Made by a program: the position numbers and the translations under genes. Of a DNA stretch of 26,122 nucleotides, positions 7,593 to 16,232 are shown in pieces (position 1 is the first letter of the stretch; the number at the start of each line of letters is the position of its first letter). The DNA lies in IMG/VR virus record IMGVR_UViG_3300042992_000187, positions 1 to 26,122 of that record; one strand, 5' to 3'. The stretch comes from a virus (lineage: Duplodnaviria; Caudoviricetes). The notes under the pieces are model-generated. The model worked only from the letters and a program-made list of their open reading frames with translations, had not been told where the DNA came from and made no database searches.

Positions 7593-7907
7593 ATGACTGA
7601 CAAACGCTTATTTGATATTGACCCACTTACCGGCTCCAAGCGGTATTTTACTTATGATGATGAAACTGACGAGTGTACCATTGAAACGGAACACGACATC
7701 TCTAACATCGTTGAACTCAACAAACAGCGTTATAATAACGTCGATGAAAAAGCACGGTGGGGTGACGGCCAGTTAGTAGCCAGCATCCCGCTTCCGCTTT
7801 ATTTTGACTTAAAAGCCAAAGGCATTATCGACGACCAGAAAAAATTCAAAGAATGGCTTAACGACAGCGATAACCGTCACTTCCGTATGCGTCCGGGTAA
7901 AATCTAA
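7593..7907 (+). CDS. hypothetical protein (post-capsid)
   Basis: 104 aa; 'VASIP..Y..L...G', 'WLNDSDN..FR' ending; TAATG coupling to the next gene. Confidence 0.8.
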   Translation: MTDKRLFDIDPLTGSKRYFTYDDETDECTIETEHDISNIVELNKQRYNNVDEKARWGDGQLVASIPLPLYFDLKAKGIIDDQKKFKEWLNDSDNRHFRMRPGKI

Positions 7908-8527
7908 TGGCCATCTCTACTTATTCCGAGTTGAAAACAGCAGTAGCCGACTGGCTCAACCGCGCTGATTTAACTGCGGCAATTCCAAATTTCATTCAAC
8001 TGGCTGAGGCGAAGTTCAATCGTGAACTGCGCACCCGCCAGCAAGTCAAACGAGCATACGCCACGTTGACGGGGCAATACATCCAAATCCCTACGGATTG
8101 GCTGGAAGCCATCAATCTGCAACTTAACGTCACCCCCGTCCGCGTTCTGGACTTCGTGACGCTGGACCAAGCTGACCGTATCCGCGCCAACCGTTACGGC
8201 GAAACCAACGCCGACGCCTACACTATTGTCGGCGAACAACTTGAAGTTGTCCCCCCGGTTGGAGCCAACACCGAAATTGACATGACATATTACATGAAGA
8301 TTCCGGCGTTGTCTGACGGAAACCCGACCAACTGGTTGTTGACGGCATGGCCAGACCTGTACGTGTATGCCACTCTTGTCCATGCGGCTCCGTATCTTAA
8401 AGAAGACGAGCGCGTTGCTTTGTGGAAAGGAATGGCTGACCAACTTCTCGAAGAAATCCGCTTGAGCGACGAGCGCGCGAAGCACTCCGGCGGACCCCTG
8501 CGCGCGCGCGTCCGCCCTATTGGTTAA
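7907..8527 (+). CDS. head-tail adaptor / tail tubular protein A-like
   Basis: 'TYSELKTAVADWLNRADL..IPNFIQLAEA.FNRELR', 'NWLL..PDLYVYA.L..A.PYLK.DER'; position after the capsid genes. Confidence 0.8.
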   Translation: MAISTYSELKTAVADWLNRADLTAAIPNFIQLAEAKFNRELRTRQQVKRAYATLTGQYIQIPTDWLEAINLQLNVTPVRVLDFVTLDQADRIRANRYGETNADAYTIVGEQLEVVPPVGANTEIDMTYYMKIPALSDGNPTNWLLTAWPDLYVYATLVHAAPYLKEDERVALWKGMADQLLEEIRLSDERAKHSGGPLRARVRPIG

Positions 8528-8530
8528 TCT

Positions 8531-11500
8531 ATGACCCTAATACTGAAAGACCGAGTTAAAGAAACAACCACAACTGTTGGGCTAGGAACCATATCTTTAG
8601 GTGGGTCTTCGGATACGTTTGAGCCGTTTTCTACAATAGGAACCGGCAATACCACGTATTACGCCATTGTTGCCGAAGGCAACGATAACTGGGAAGTTGG
8701 CGTAGGAACCGTTGGTAGTGGTACGTTGAGCCGCGACATAGTTTTGGCGTCTTCTAATCTAAATGCTAAAGTCAACTTCCCCGCCGGTACAAAAGACGTA
8801 TTTGTAACGCTTCCGGCTAACAAAATTGTCAGTAAAGACGACGCTACTGGCATCAACAGCGGTATCAGTCTTGCCGACTATGTGGACTTTGACACCGCCG
8901 CCGCCCCAGCCACCGCCGTTGGCCGTCTGTTCTGGAACGACCAAGACGGTACGCTTGACCTTGGCCTAAAAGGCGGTAACGTAACAATACACATTGGCCA
9001 GAAACAAGTAATCCGCATCGTTAATAAAATAGGTTCTAGTTTATCGGCCGCCAATTACCAATGCGTTAAGATTAGCGGCGCCCAAGGGCAACGCCCAAAA
9101 GTTGCACTAGCGCAAGCCAACAATGACGCCAACTCCGCCGACACCATTGGCCTTGTCAACGAAACGATTGCCAATAACCAAGAAGGCTTTGTCTGCACCG
9201 GCGGCACCATTACGAACATCAATACCACGGGTTCGCTTCAGGGCGAATCGTGGAATGATGGCGATGTTCTGTACCTGTCTGGAACTGTTGCTGGGCGACT
9301 TACTAATGTAAAACCGCAAGCCCCAATTCATACCGTCATTGTCGGATTCGTTATCTATGCCCACAATAATCAGGGCAAAATCTATGTAAAGGTCGATAAC
9401 GGCTATGAACTTAACGAACTGCACAATGTGCGGATTAACGGCGTAACTAACGGCCAAGTTCTTACATACAACAATGGGCTTTGGGAAAATCAAACAAACG
9501 GTTCGGGTACCGTCACAAGCGTATCGGTTGTGTCGGCTAATGGATTATCCGGTTCCGTAGCCAACTCGACTACAACTCCGGCCATTACGCTTTCAACGTC
9601 AGTTTCCGGCCTTTTGAAAGGTAGTTCCGGTGCGTTAGCGGCGGCGTCTGCTACGGATGTACCAGAACTGCCGCAAAGCAAGATTACCAATCTAGTATCG
9701 GACTTGGCGGCGAAAGCCCCGTTGGCGTCCCCGGCATTGACGGGAACGCCGACAGCGCCGACTGCGGCCGTCGGCACTAATACCACACAAGTTGCTACTA
9801 CCGAATTTGTCAACGCCGAAATTGCCAACGATGCGCCGTCCAAGACTGGTACTGGGGCTAGTGGAACTTGGGGAATCAGCGTTACGGGTAACGCAGGCAC
9901 AGTTACCAATGGCGTTTACACTACTGGAACACAAACCATCACAGGCAATAAAACCTTTACTGGCTCTGTAACGATGGGGCAAAGCGGTGGTGGTGAAGGC
10001 GGTGAGATTCTGTGGCTTGACCCTGTTCAGGGAACAGTCTGCACAGACATACCTGCTTCTGGGTTTTTCCGTGTGTTTCAAACAAGTGGCACAGCTAAGG
10101 GCGCGTACATTGACTTGGCTAACTGCGCAGGTGGTGTAGGAAGTCTGCTTCTTCACTCAACCAACTACAACAGCTATGCACCTACCCTGACTGGTGGTGG
10201 TGCTTCTGGCTCTTGGGGAATCAGCGTAACTGGTAATGCAGGCACAGTCACTAATGGTGTCTATACCACAGGCAATCAGACCATCGGCGGTGTTAAAACT
10301 TTTAGCAATGATATAGGCGCAACATTTGGCGGTCAACTTGTATTAACAAACTCCGCATCTGGCGCAACAAATCCTAATAAACATTTTCGTGTTGGTCCTA
10401 CCGGAAATCTAGAGATAATAAACAGCGCATATAATGCCGTTCCTTTTACATTTACTGACGCTGGCATACTTAGTGTTAGTGCTGAATGTAACGCGCCTGT
10501 ATTCAAGGATGTTAACAACTCAGCCTACTACCTAGACCCTGCCAATACAGGCACATCTATGGTGGTGGCAGGCGATGTCGGTATTGGCTCAGACTCTCGA
10601 CCGTTTAGATTGACTGTTGCCAATAACACCTTTGATGGAATGTGGGCAGGAAGCTCTGGCACATATTCATTCGTTGGACTTGGCGGTTATTTCAGTGGCA
10701 CAGCAGGCGCGTCTCAGATTGGTTATGAGCGCACTACGGGACTAATTACTTTCTCTGGTGGAACTAGAGACACGCCAGTAACAAGAATGAGCATCAACAG
10801 CTCTGGTAATGTAGGTATTGGTACGACAAGTCCGGGTCGTAGGCTTTCTATCGCAGGTGGTGGCTTTGCGTTTGATGATGCGAATACTACATCCCGTTCT
10901 GTTCATTGGGGTGATGGAACTACTTATCCCTTGCTAATTCAGGGCGATGTAACAAATGGCTTTATATCATTTAATACTCATGCGTCTGGAAGTGGACCAC
11001 CTGAAAGACTGCGCATTGACAGCGCAGGCAAGGTGCTTATCGGCGCAGGCGCAACAGCATCACTTGGAAAGCTTGTAGTTAGCGAAGCATCATCTGGTAC
11101 GGCTGTTATTGCTCTTGAGAGTCAAGGCTCGTGGAATAGCACGATTGCTTGCACATCCACTGGTAATCTTGTTCTTAGGAATAATGGTGCATCAGACAGA
11201 ATGGTTTTTGACCCATATGGGAATATCATTACTTATGGGCCGATGTTTGCATCTATATACTATGACAACGATAACTCAGCATTTTATGTAAATCCAAACG
11301 GCACTTCAAATATAAGCGCATTGGTGATGAATGACCTTTTGACTGGTCGCTCTTCTTCTGCAACCGATGTTAACGGCGCAAATGATACTGGCTCGTTCTC
11401 TGTTCGTGGTAGTTCTAGCACCGTAGCATCCATGTCGTTCCATCGTACTGGCGCATACGCTATTAACATGGGTCTTGGTACAGACAATGTGTTCCGTATC

Positions 11501-11869
11501 GGTGGATGGTCGGCATCGAGCAATGCCTTCCAGATGGATGGCTCTGGCAACCTGACAATGCTGAACAATGTCACGGCATATTCTGACGCTAGACTAAAAA
11601 CAGACATTGTTAAGATTGAAAACGCCTTAGATAAGGTACAGCAGTTAAACGGATACACCTACACGCGAACTGATACTGGTTCTAGACAATGTGGTGTTAT
11701 TGCACAGGAAGTGATGAAAGTTCTTCCCGAAGTGGTTATGGGAAGCGAGGAAACAAATTACAGCGTAGCATACGGCAACATGGTAGGCTTGCTAATTGAA
11801 GCAATGAAAGAGCAACAGGCTCAGATTGACGAACTTAAACTAACCATTGAACAACTTAAAGGTAACTAA
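8531..11869 (+). CDS. long tail fibre with C-terminal intramolecular chaperone (peptidase S74)
   Basis: 1112 aa, Gly/Thr/Ser/Asn-rich; 'SPALTGTPTAPTA..GTNTTQVATTEFV' and 'RMSINSSGNVGIGT' fibre motifs; C-terminal 'YSDARLK..GVIAQEV..VLPEVV..YGNMVGLLIEAMKE' from ~11582. Confidence 0.92.
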   Translation: MTLILKDRVKETTTTVGLGTISLGGSSDTFEPFSTIGTGNTTYYAIVAEGNDNWEVGVGTVGSGTLSRDIVLASSNLNAKVNFPAGTKDVFVTLPANKIVSKDDATGINSGISLADYVDFDTAAAPATAVGRLFWNDQDGTLDLGLKGGNVTIHIGQKQVIRIVNKIGSSLSAANYQCVKISGAQGQRPKVALAQANNDANSADTIGLVNETIANNQEGFVCTGGTITNINTTGSLQGESWNDGDVLYLSGTVAGRLTNVKPQAPIHTVIVGFVIYAHNNQGKIYVKVDNGYELNELHNVRINGVTNGQVLTYNNGLWENQTNGSGTVTSVSVVSANGLSGSVANSTTTPAITLSTSVSGLLKGSSGALAAASATDVPELPQSKITNLVSDLAAKAPLASPALTGTPTAPTAAVGTNTTQVATTEFVNAEIANDAPSKTGTGASGTWGISVTGNAGTVTNGVYTTGTQTITGNKTFTGSVTMGQSGGGEGGEILWLDPVQGTVCTDIPASGFFRVFQTSGTAKGAYIDLANCAGGVGSLLLHSTNYNSYAPTLTGGGASGSWGISVTGNAGTVTNGVYTTGNQTIGGVKTFSNDIGATFGGQLVLTNSASGATNPNKHFRVGPTGNLEIINSAYNAVPFTFTDAGILSVSAECNAPVFKDVNNSAYYLDPANTGTSMVVAGDVGIGSDSRPFRLTVANNTFDGMWAGSSGTYSFVGLGGYFSGTAGASQIGYERTTGLITFSGGTRDTPVTRMSINSSGNVGIGTTSPGRRLSIAGGGFAFDDANTTSRSVHWGDGTTYPLLIQGDVTNGFISFNTHASGSGPPERLRIDSAGKVLIGAGATASLGKLVVSEASSGTAVIALESQGSWNSTIACTSTGNLVLRNNGASDRMVFDPYGNIITYGPMFASIYYDNDNSAFYVNPNGTSNISALVMNDLLTGRSSSATDVNGANDTGSFSVRGSSSTVASMSFHRTGAYAINMGLGTDNVFRIGGWSASSNAFQMDGSGNLTMLNNVTAYSDARLKTDIVKIENALDKVQQLNGYTYTRTDTGSRQCGVIAQEVMKVLPEVVMGSEETNYSVAYGNMVGLLIEAMKEQQAQIDELKLTIEQLKGN
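9845..10285 (+). repeat. internal 32-codon direct repeat in the tail fibre (9845-9940 and 10190-10285)
   Basis: TG(T/G)GASG(T/S)WGISVTGNAGTVTNGVYTTG(T/N)QTI occurs twice, 345 nt apart, differing mostly at synonymous positions. Confidence 0.9.
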
Positions 11870-11870
11870 C

Positions 11871-12275
11871 ATGGCACTCACTTACGCTTGGAAACTGACT
11901 GGACTCAAGAAAGCCAATAGCGAAACGACCAAAGATGTAATCATCGGCACTCGATGGGAATTGACTGGCACGGATGCTGATGGCAACTCTGGCACTTTTA
12001 GCGGTGCGACTCCGTTCAAGCTAGAGAATGTAGAGTTTCACAACTTTGTGCCTTACGAGAATCTTGACCAAGACACGGTGATTGGATGGATTCAAGCCGA
12101 AGTGGTCGGTGGGTACAAAGACCATGTAGAGCAGAAAATCCTTGCCCAGATTGAAGCGGTAAAGAATGAAATCAAGGATGTCCAGGCTGCCGAGTTCCCG
12201 TGGGCTGAACCCGTTGTAGAGCCAGAAGCACCCGTAACGACTGAAGCGGTAGAAGCCGATGGCTCTGCCGAGTAG
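11871..12275 (+). CDS. tail-fibre-associated protein (possible assembly chaperone)
   Basis: Acidic 134-aa ORF directly after the fibre; 'YAWKLTGL', 'FVPYENL..VIGWI', 'FPW'. ATG 11871 with SD AAGG. Confidence 0.7.
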   Translation: MALTYAWKLTGLKKANSETTKDVIIGTRWELTGTDADGNSGTFSGATPFKLENVEFHNFVPYENLDQDTVIGWIQAEVVGGYKDHVEQKILAQIEAVKNEIKDVQAAEFPWAEPVVEPEAPVTTEAVEADGSAE

Positions 12276-12867
12276 TGGCACAATAAGCGTACTTCAGGTA
12301 GCGCAGATGTTTGGCGGTGCTACGCCACACTCGCTGTCTGAGTATTACAAGGGCGGTTCTCTTGTCCTTACTACGGATACCGTACCTAATGTGCCGACTA
12401 GCGGAACTATATCCCTGTCCAACTTTCATGGCTCAGAGATTGTAGAAAGCTATGTGGCAACCGTAACGGCAGGGACAGCACGAAACAATGAGTATGACGC
12501 GCTTCCGTCAACCGTTAGTCTTGAGGTAAACACAGACGGCGACATGGTAGGCTCAGGTAACTTCTCTAACTTTACTAAAGAGTGGCTTACTGGAACTCCG
12601 CGAAGTTTTTATCAGGTGCGGTTTACCAAGATGTCGGACACCACAAGCGGTACAGGTTCTAGCGAGATATTAGGTACTTTTGGTTCTTGGCTAGACTTAA
12701 ATGCCGAGATAAGCATGACCGCTACGGCAGACAATGGCGTAAACCTGACAAGGACTATTACGGTAAAGGCAGAGGTACGGCGGTTAGTAGATTCCGTAGT
12801 AGTTAGCACCACAAACACTAATGTATTAACATTGATAGCCCACAGTAATGTTGGAGCACCGCCATGA
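12259..12867 (+). CDS. putative fibre-tip/adhesin-like virion protein
   Basis: N-terminal 'SSGTIS..FGG..SLSEYY..PTSGTISLSNFHG' module plus beta-rich C-terminal domain; follows the S74 fibre. Confidence 0.6.
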   Translation: MALPSSGTISVLQVAQMFGGATPHSLSEYYKGGSLVLTTDTVPNVPTSGTISLSNFHGSEIVESYVATVTAGTARNNEYDALPSTVSLEVNTDGDMVGSGNFSNFTKEWLTGTPRSFYQVRFTKMSDTTSGTGSSEILGTFGSWLDLNAEISMTATADNGVNLTRTITVKAEVRRLVDSVVVSTTNTNVLTLIAHSNVGAPP

Positions 12868-13037
12868 AAACTAAGCTATTGATTATAATAGGCGTCTTGG
12901 CATTAGCTGGCTGTGAATCCCGTTACAGGTACGCCTGCCAAGACCCTGAAAACTTTGACACCATACATTGCAAAAAAGACTGCAAGGGCGATGGCACTTG
13001 TCCGGCAGATGTCTACGGAGAGCACTTAAATGACTAG
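12864..13037 (+). CDS. small Cys-rich lipoprotein, 57 aa (missing from the ORF track)
   Basis: MKTKLLIIIGVLALAG-CESRYRYACQDPENFDTIHCKKDCKGDGTCPADVYGEHLND; lipobox LAGC; SD GGAG; ATGA overlap with the upstream gene. Confidence 0.85.
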   Translation: MKTKLLIIIGVLALAGCESRYRYACQDPENFDTIHCKKDCKGDGTCPADVYGEHLND

Positions 13038-13284
13038 ATATACAGAAAGCGAACTCAAGGCGCGGATGCGCTTTATGATTGGCATCGCCCTTTCCTTCAC
13101 CCTTTGCGTCATTGTCTGCGTGGTGCTGTATTCCCTAGTCTTTGTAACCCAACCGATTGGCGCACAAGCACCTAATGATGCAGAGTTTTTTAAGCTAATC
13201 GTTCCCATTGCCACCTTCCTGACGGGCATATTGTCTGGGATTATGATTGACACGAAATCAAACAACGGAGAAAACAAAGAATGA
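13030..13284 (+). CDS. two-TM membrane protein (holin-like candidate)
   Basis: Two hydrophobic helices (FMIGIALSFTLCVIVCVVLYSLVFV; LIVPIATFLTGILSGIMI); ATGA overlap with the endolysin. Confidence 0.7.
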   Translation: MTRYTESELKARMRFMIGIALSFTLCVIVCVVLYSLVFVTQPIGAQAPNDAEFFKLIVPIATFLTGILSGIMIDTKSNNGENKE

Positions 13285-13883
13285 GTCTGGCATCTTTACA
13301 AGCTAAGATTGGCGTAACGGCAGACGGCGTGTTTGGCAAGGGAACGTTGAAGGCCGCGATGGCCTATTACAAGCTAACCCCTGTCCAAGCGGCTCACTTC
13401 TTTGCCCAGACCGCCCACGAGTCCGGCAACTTCAAAGCCTTCTCTGAGAATCTGAACTACTCAGCCGAGGGCTTGCTTAGGATATTCCCTAAGTATTTCG
13501 ACCAAGCTACGGCCAACAAGTACGCCCGGCAACCGGAAAAGATTGCCAATCGCGTCTATGCTAACCGCATGGGTAACGGCGATGAGGCCAGCGGTTCGGG
13601 ATGGCTATACAAAGGCCGAGGAGCCTTGCAACTTACGGGCAAATCGAACTATAAGGACTTTACTGACTGGCTGGGCAAGACCATCGACCCAAACGCTGTG
13701 GCTGATGAGTATGCCTTTGAGTCTGCCAAGTATTTCTTTGACAAGAACAAGCTGTGGGCAATCTGTGACAAAGGTGTGGACGACGCCACCATCCTTGCCC
13801 TGACTAAAAGAATAAATGGCGGAACCCACGGCCTCGATGACCGCAAGGCTAAGACCAAGCTGTATTATTCTTGGCTTACATAA
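13281..13883 (+). CDS. endolysin, glycoside hydrolase family 19, with short peptidoglycan-binding-like N-terminus
   Basis: 'AHFFAQTAHESG', 'ENLNYS', 'YANRMGN', 'YKGRGALQLTGKSNY', 'RINGGTHGL.DR'; N-terminal 'LQAKIGVTADGVFGKGT'. Confidence 0.93.
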   Translation: MSLASLQAKIGVTADGVFGKGTLKAAMAYYKLTPVQAAHFFAQTAHESGNFKAFSENLNYSAEGLLRIFPKYFDQATANKYARQPEKIANRVYANRMGNGDEASGSGWLYKGRGALQLTGKSNYKDFTDWLGKTIDPNAVADEYAFESAKYFFDKNKLWAICDKGVDDATILALTKRINGGTHGLDDRKAKTKLYYSWLT

Positions 13884-13899
13884 GGCATAGTCCAAGACG

Positions 13900-14127
13900 A
13901 TGCTAGGATTTCATTCTCTCTCAGAACACCCTATTTCCGTAATAGCCAGAATACGGTTGTTGTGGGAATCTGATATAATAGAGTCAGCAACGTGGACGCC
14001 GCATACAGCCGGTTCCGCAAGCTGGGTACCCTATTCCACGACTTCGGTCACATGGACCGCCCAGACTCCCTCGTCCACTATCTGGACCCCCCATAACACC
14101 ACCCCCGCCACTTGGACGGAAGATTAA
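13900..14127 (+). CDS. small Trp-repeat protein (probably virion-associated)
   Basis: 75 aa; six Trp at exact 10-residue spacing; its stop abuts the next ATG. Confidence 0.7.
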   Translation: MLGFHSLSEHPISVIARIRLLWESDIIESATWTPHTAGSASWVPYSTTSVTWTAQTPSSTIWTPHNTTPATWTED

Positions 14128-14814
14128 ATGGCCGACACGACCACAACCAATTACAGCTACGTTAAGCCTGAAGTCGGCGCTTCTACCGATACTTGGGGCG
14201 GCAAGCTGAACACCAACTTCGACAGCATTGACTCTGGTCTGAAATCGGCCAACGATGCTATCGCGCTCAAGCTGAACACCAGCGCCTACACCGCCGCCGA
14301 TGTTCTGGCCAAGTTGCTTACCGTGGACGGAGCCGGTTCAGGTCTAAACGCCGACCTTCTGGACGGCCTGAGTTCGGCCTCGTTCTATCTGGCCAGCAAC
14401 CCGTCCAACTATATCACCGTTGCGTCGGTTACGTGGGCTAATCTGACTGGCGAACCGACCACTTTGTCTGGGTACGGCATTACCGACGCCGCCCCGCTGG
14501 ACCCGCGCGTCCAGAGCGTTACGTCATCCGCCACCGTCACCCCGACGTCAACCAACGACGCCGTCCGCGTAACCGCCCAAGCCGCCGCCATCCAGTTCGC
14601 CAACCCCACCGGCACGTTTGCCGAGTGTCAAGGCTTTGTGATTCGGCTGAAGGACAACGGTACTGCGCGCGCGATTACGTGGGGAGCCGGCTACCGGGCT
14701 ATGGGCGCGGTGTTGCCGACCACTACGACGGTCAACAAGACCATGTATATCCCGGTAATTTATAACTCGTCCGACGCCAAGTGGGACGTTCTGCCGGCTA
14801 CGGTAGAGCAGTAA
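14128..14814 (+). CDS. short tail fibre / tail appendage protein
   Basis: 'KPEVGAS.DTWG.KLN.N.D.ID' N-terminus; fibre motifs '[11 protein letters not shown]' and '[12 protein letters not shown]'; beta-rich C-terminal domain. Confidence 0.75.
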   Translation: MADTTTTNYSYVKPEVGASTDTWGGKLNTNFDSIDSGLKSANDAIALKLNTSAYTAADVLAKLLTVDGAGSGLNADLLDGLSSASFYLASNPSNYITVASVTWANLTGEPTTLSGYGITDAAPLDPRVQSVTSSATVTPTSTNDAVRVTAQAAAIQFANPTGTFAECQGFVIRLKDNGTARAITWGAGYRAMGAVLPTTTTVNKTMYIPVIYNSSDAKWDVLPATVEQ

Positions 14815-15221
14815 TGAAGCCGATTGACGTCATGCGCTATCGGTCAACGGGTGGCGTTGTGCCGTCGCTGTCGGTAAGCGCGTCGTCCTCGGCGCCGTCG
14901 CCGACGGTAACGGCTCAAGTAACCTTTGCCACAGATGGCACTTACGTTGATGGCGACTCGGGTAACTGGTATCTGCCAACCACGCCGAACATCGGCAATT
15001 CGTACGACATCAAGCTGGACATTACCTCTAGCTTTTTGGGTGGCGGCGCCCCCATAGGAACTTACGGCACTTGGCTTTCGCTTAGTTCAGACCGCACGTT
15101 TGGCGTTCTTCGCAGTTCATCTACGCCGGGTAACAATAGCGTAAGCGGTAATCTGTCTATACGTACTGGTGGCGTCACCGTCGTAACTGGCACCTTCTCT
15201 TTTGACGCGGAAGTCACATAA
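14814..15221 (+). CDS. beta-rich virion/receptor-binding-like protein
   Basis: TAATG coupling gives ATG 14814; Ser/Thr/Gly-rich; resembles the C-terminal domain of 12259-12867. Confidence 0.65.
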   Translation: MKPIDVMRYRSTGGVVPSLSVSASSSAPSPTVTAQVTFATDGTYVDGDSGNWYLPTTPNIGNSYDIKLDITSSFLGGGAPIGTYGTWLSLSSDRTFGVLRSSSTPGNNSVSGNLSIRTGGVTVVTGTFSFDAEVT

Positions 15222-15223
15222 TC

Positions 15224-15445
15224 ATGGAAGTTAAGCTCGAATACCAACTTGGCCAACTGGATGCCCGAGTGCGGTCTATTGAAGAACGCAACAAGCACAT
15301 GGAAGCCAAAATCGACAAGATGTACGAAGTCATTACCCGCGCCGAAGGAAGTTGGCGCACATTGGTAGCCGTCGGCGCGGCCAGCGCGGCAATTGGCGCT
15401 GTTTTTGTAAAAGTCGTAGAGTATATGTTCAAACTGGACTCGTGA
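15224..15445 (+). CDS. coiled-coil plus single C-terminal TM protein (holin/antiholin-like)
   Basis: Heptad N-half followed by the hydrophobic 'WRTLVAVGAASAAIGAVFV'; upstream of holin-like and spanin genes. Confidence 0.65.
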   Translation: MEVKLEYQLGQLDARVRSIEERNKHMEAKIDKMYEVITRAEGSWRTLVAVGAASAAIGAVFVKVVEYMFKLDS

Positions 15446-15699
15446 TGTTTACCGATAAGGTTCACAAATACTGGTTGAAGTCCAAAACCGTCCTTTGGAA
15501 TCTGGCCATTACCTTGGCTGGTATCTGGTCGATGTTTGAGGGCTACGCCCCCAATCTCCGGGCTGTTCTGGGTGATAAGTGGTTTGGCATTGTCATGTTC
15601 AGCATTGGCGTCATCGGTATTTGGCTTCGTATCATTACCAAAGACGCCATTGTCCCAGCAAAAAAGGCCGTAGAAAATGACCTTATCTCTCGTCCTTGA
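15445..15699 (+). CDS. putative holin (2 TM)
   Basis: TGATG coupling gives ATG 15445; 'KSKTVLWN' + TM1, TM2 ending 'LRIIT', basic tail; precedes the spanins. Confidence 0.7.
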   Translation: MFTDKVHKYWLKSKTVLWNLAITLAGIWSMFEGYAPNLRAVLGDKWFGIVMFSIGVIGIWLRIITKDAIVPAKKAVENDLISRP

Positions 15700-16060
15700 G
15701 TTACTAGGCGGAGTCCGAGCCGCGGTATTTGCGCTCCTCGCCTTTCTTCTTTTGGTCGGTTTTGGCGTTCAGACGTTCCGCCTGAGTAGCGCCAAGAAAG
15801 ACCTGTTAGTAGCCGAAGCAAGCACGGCCAATATGACGGCGGCCCTGAAGCAGTTGGAAGCTGAAGGTAAAGCCCAAAAAGCCCGAGCAGACAAGGCCGT
15901 GGTAGAATATGCGGAAGTCAAGATTAAACTTGACCGTGCCAAGGCGAAAGTCATAACCAAACTGGAAAAGGTCTATGTTTCTGACAAGCAAAGCCAAGAA
16001 TGGGGTAGTGTGCCTGTTCCTAACGCTGTCGTTGAGCAGTTGCGCCAGCCGGCCCGTTAA
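15677..16060 (+). CDS. i-spanin (Rz-like)
   Basis: N-terminal TM, periplasmic coiled coil, C-terminal 'W...PVP..V...L'; overlapped by a lipoprotein gene in another frame. Confidence 0.8.
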   Translation: MTLSLVLELLGGVRAAVFALLAFLLLVGFGVQTFRLSSAKKDLLVAEASTANMTAALKQLEAEGKAQKARADKAVVEYAEVKIKLDRAKAKVITKLEKVYVSDKQSQEWGSVPVPNAVVEQLRQPAR

Positions 16061-16232
16061 GGTCGAGGTCAAGTATCAGCCGTTACCGGCTGAACTTGTC
16101 GTACTCGAAGACCCCTGTACGCTTGCCAACGACCCGAAGAACAAGGACCTTGCCGAAGCCTATTACCTGTGCTTCCTGAAGCTGGAAGCCGCCAATGCGC
16201 GGCTCAAGGCCATTAAAGAGATTACGAACTGA
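15975..16232 (+). CDS. o-spanin (Rz1-like lipoprotein)
   Basis: Lipobox LSSC, Pro-rich 'PLPAEL...PC' segment, further Cys; overlaps the 3' end of the i-spanin. Confidence 0.8.
   Translation: MFLTSKAKNGVVCLFLTLSLSSCASRPVKVEVKYQPLPAELVVLEDPCTLANDPKNKDLAEAYYLCFLKLEAANARLKAIKEITN

Noticed and set aside
8531-15221. Invertible tail-fibre cassette or diversity-generating retroelement driven by the recombinase
   Set aside because: No inverted fibre fragment, flanking inverted sites, reverse transcriptase or adenine-specific repeat pair was seen; the fibre repeat differs mainly at synonymous sites.
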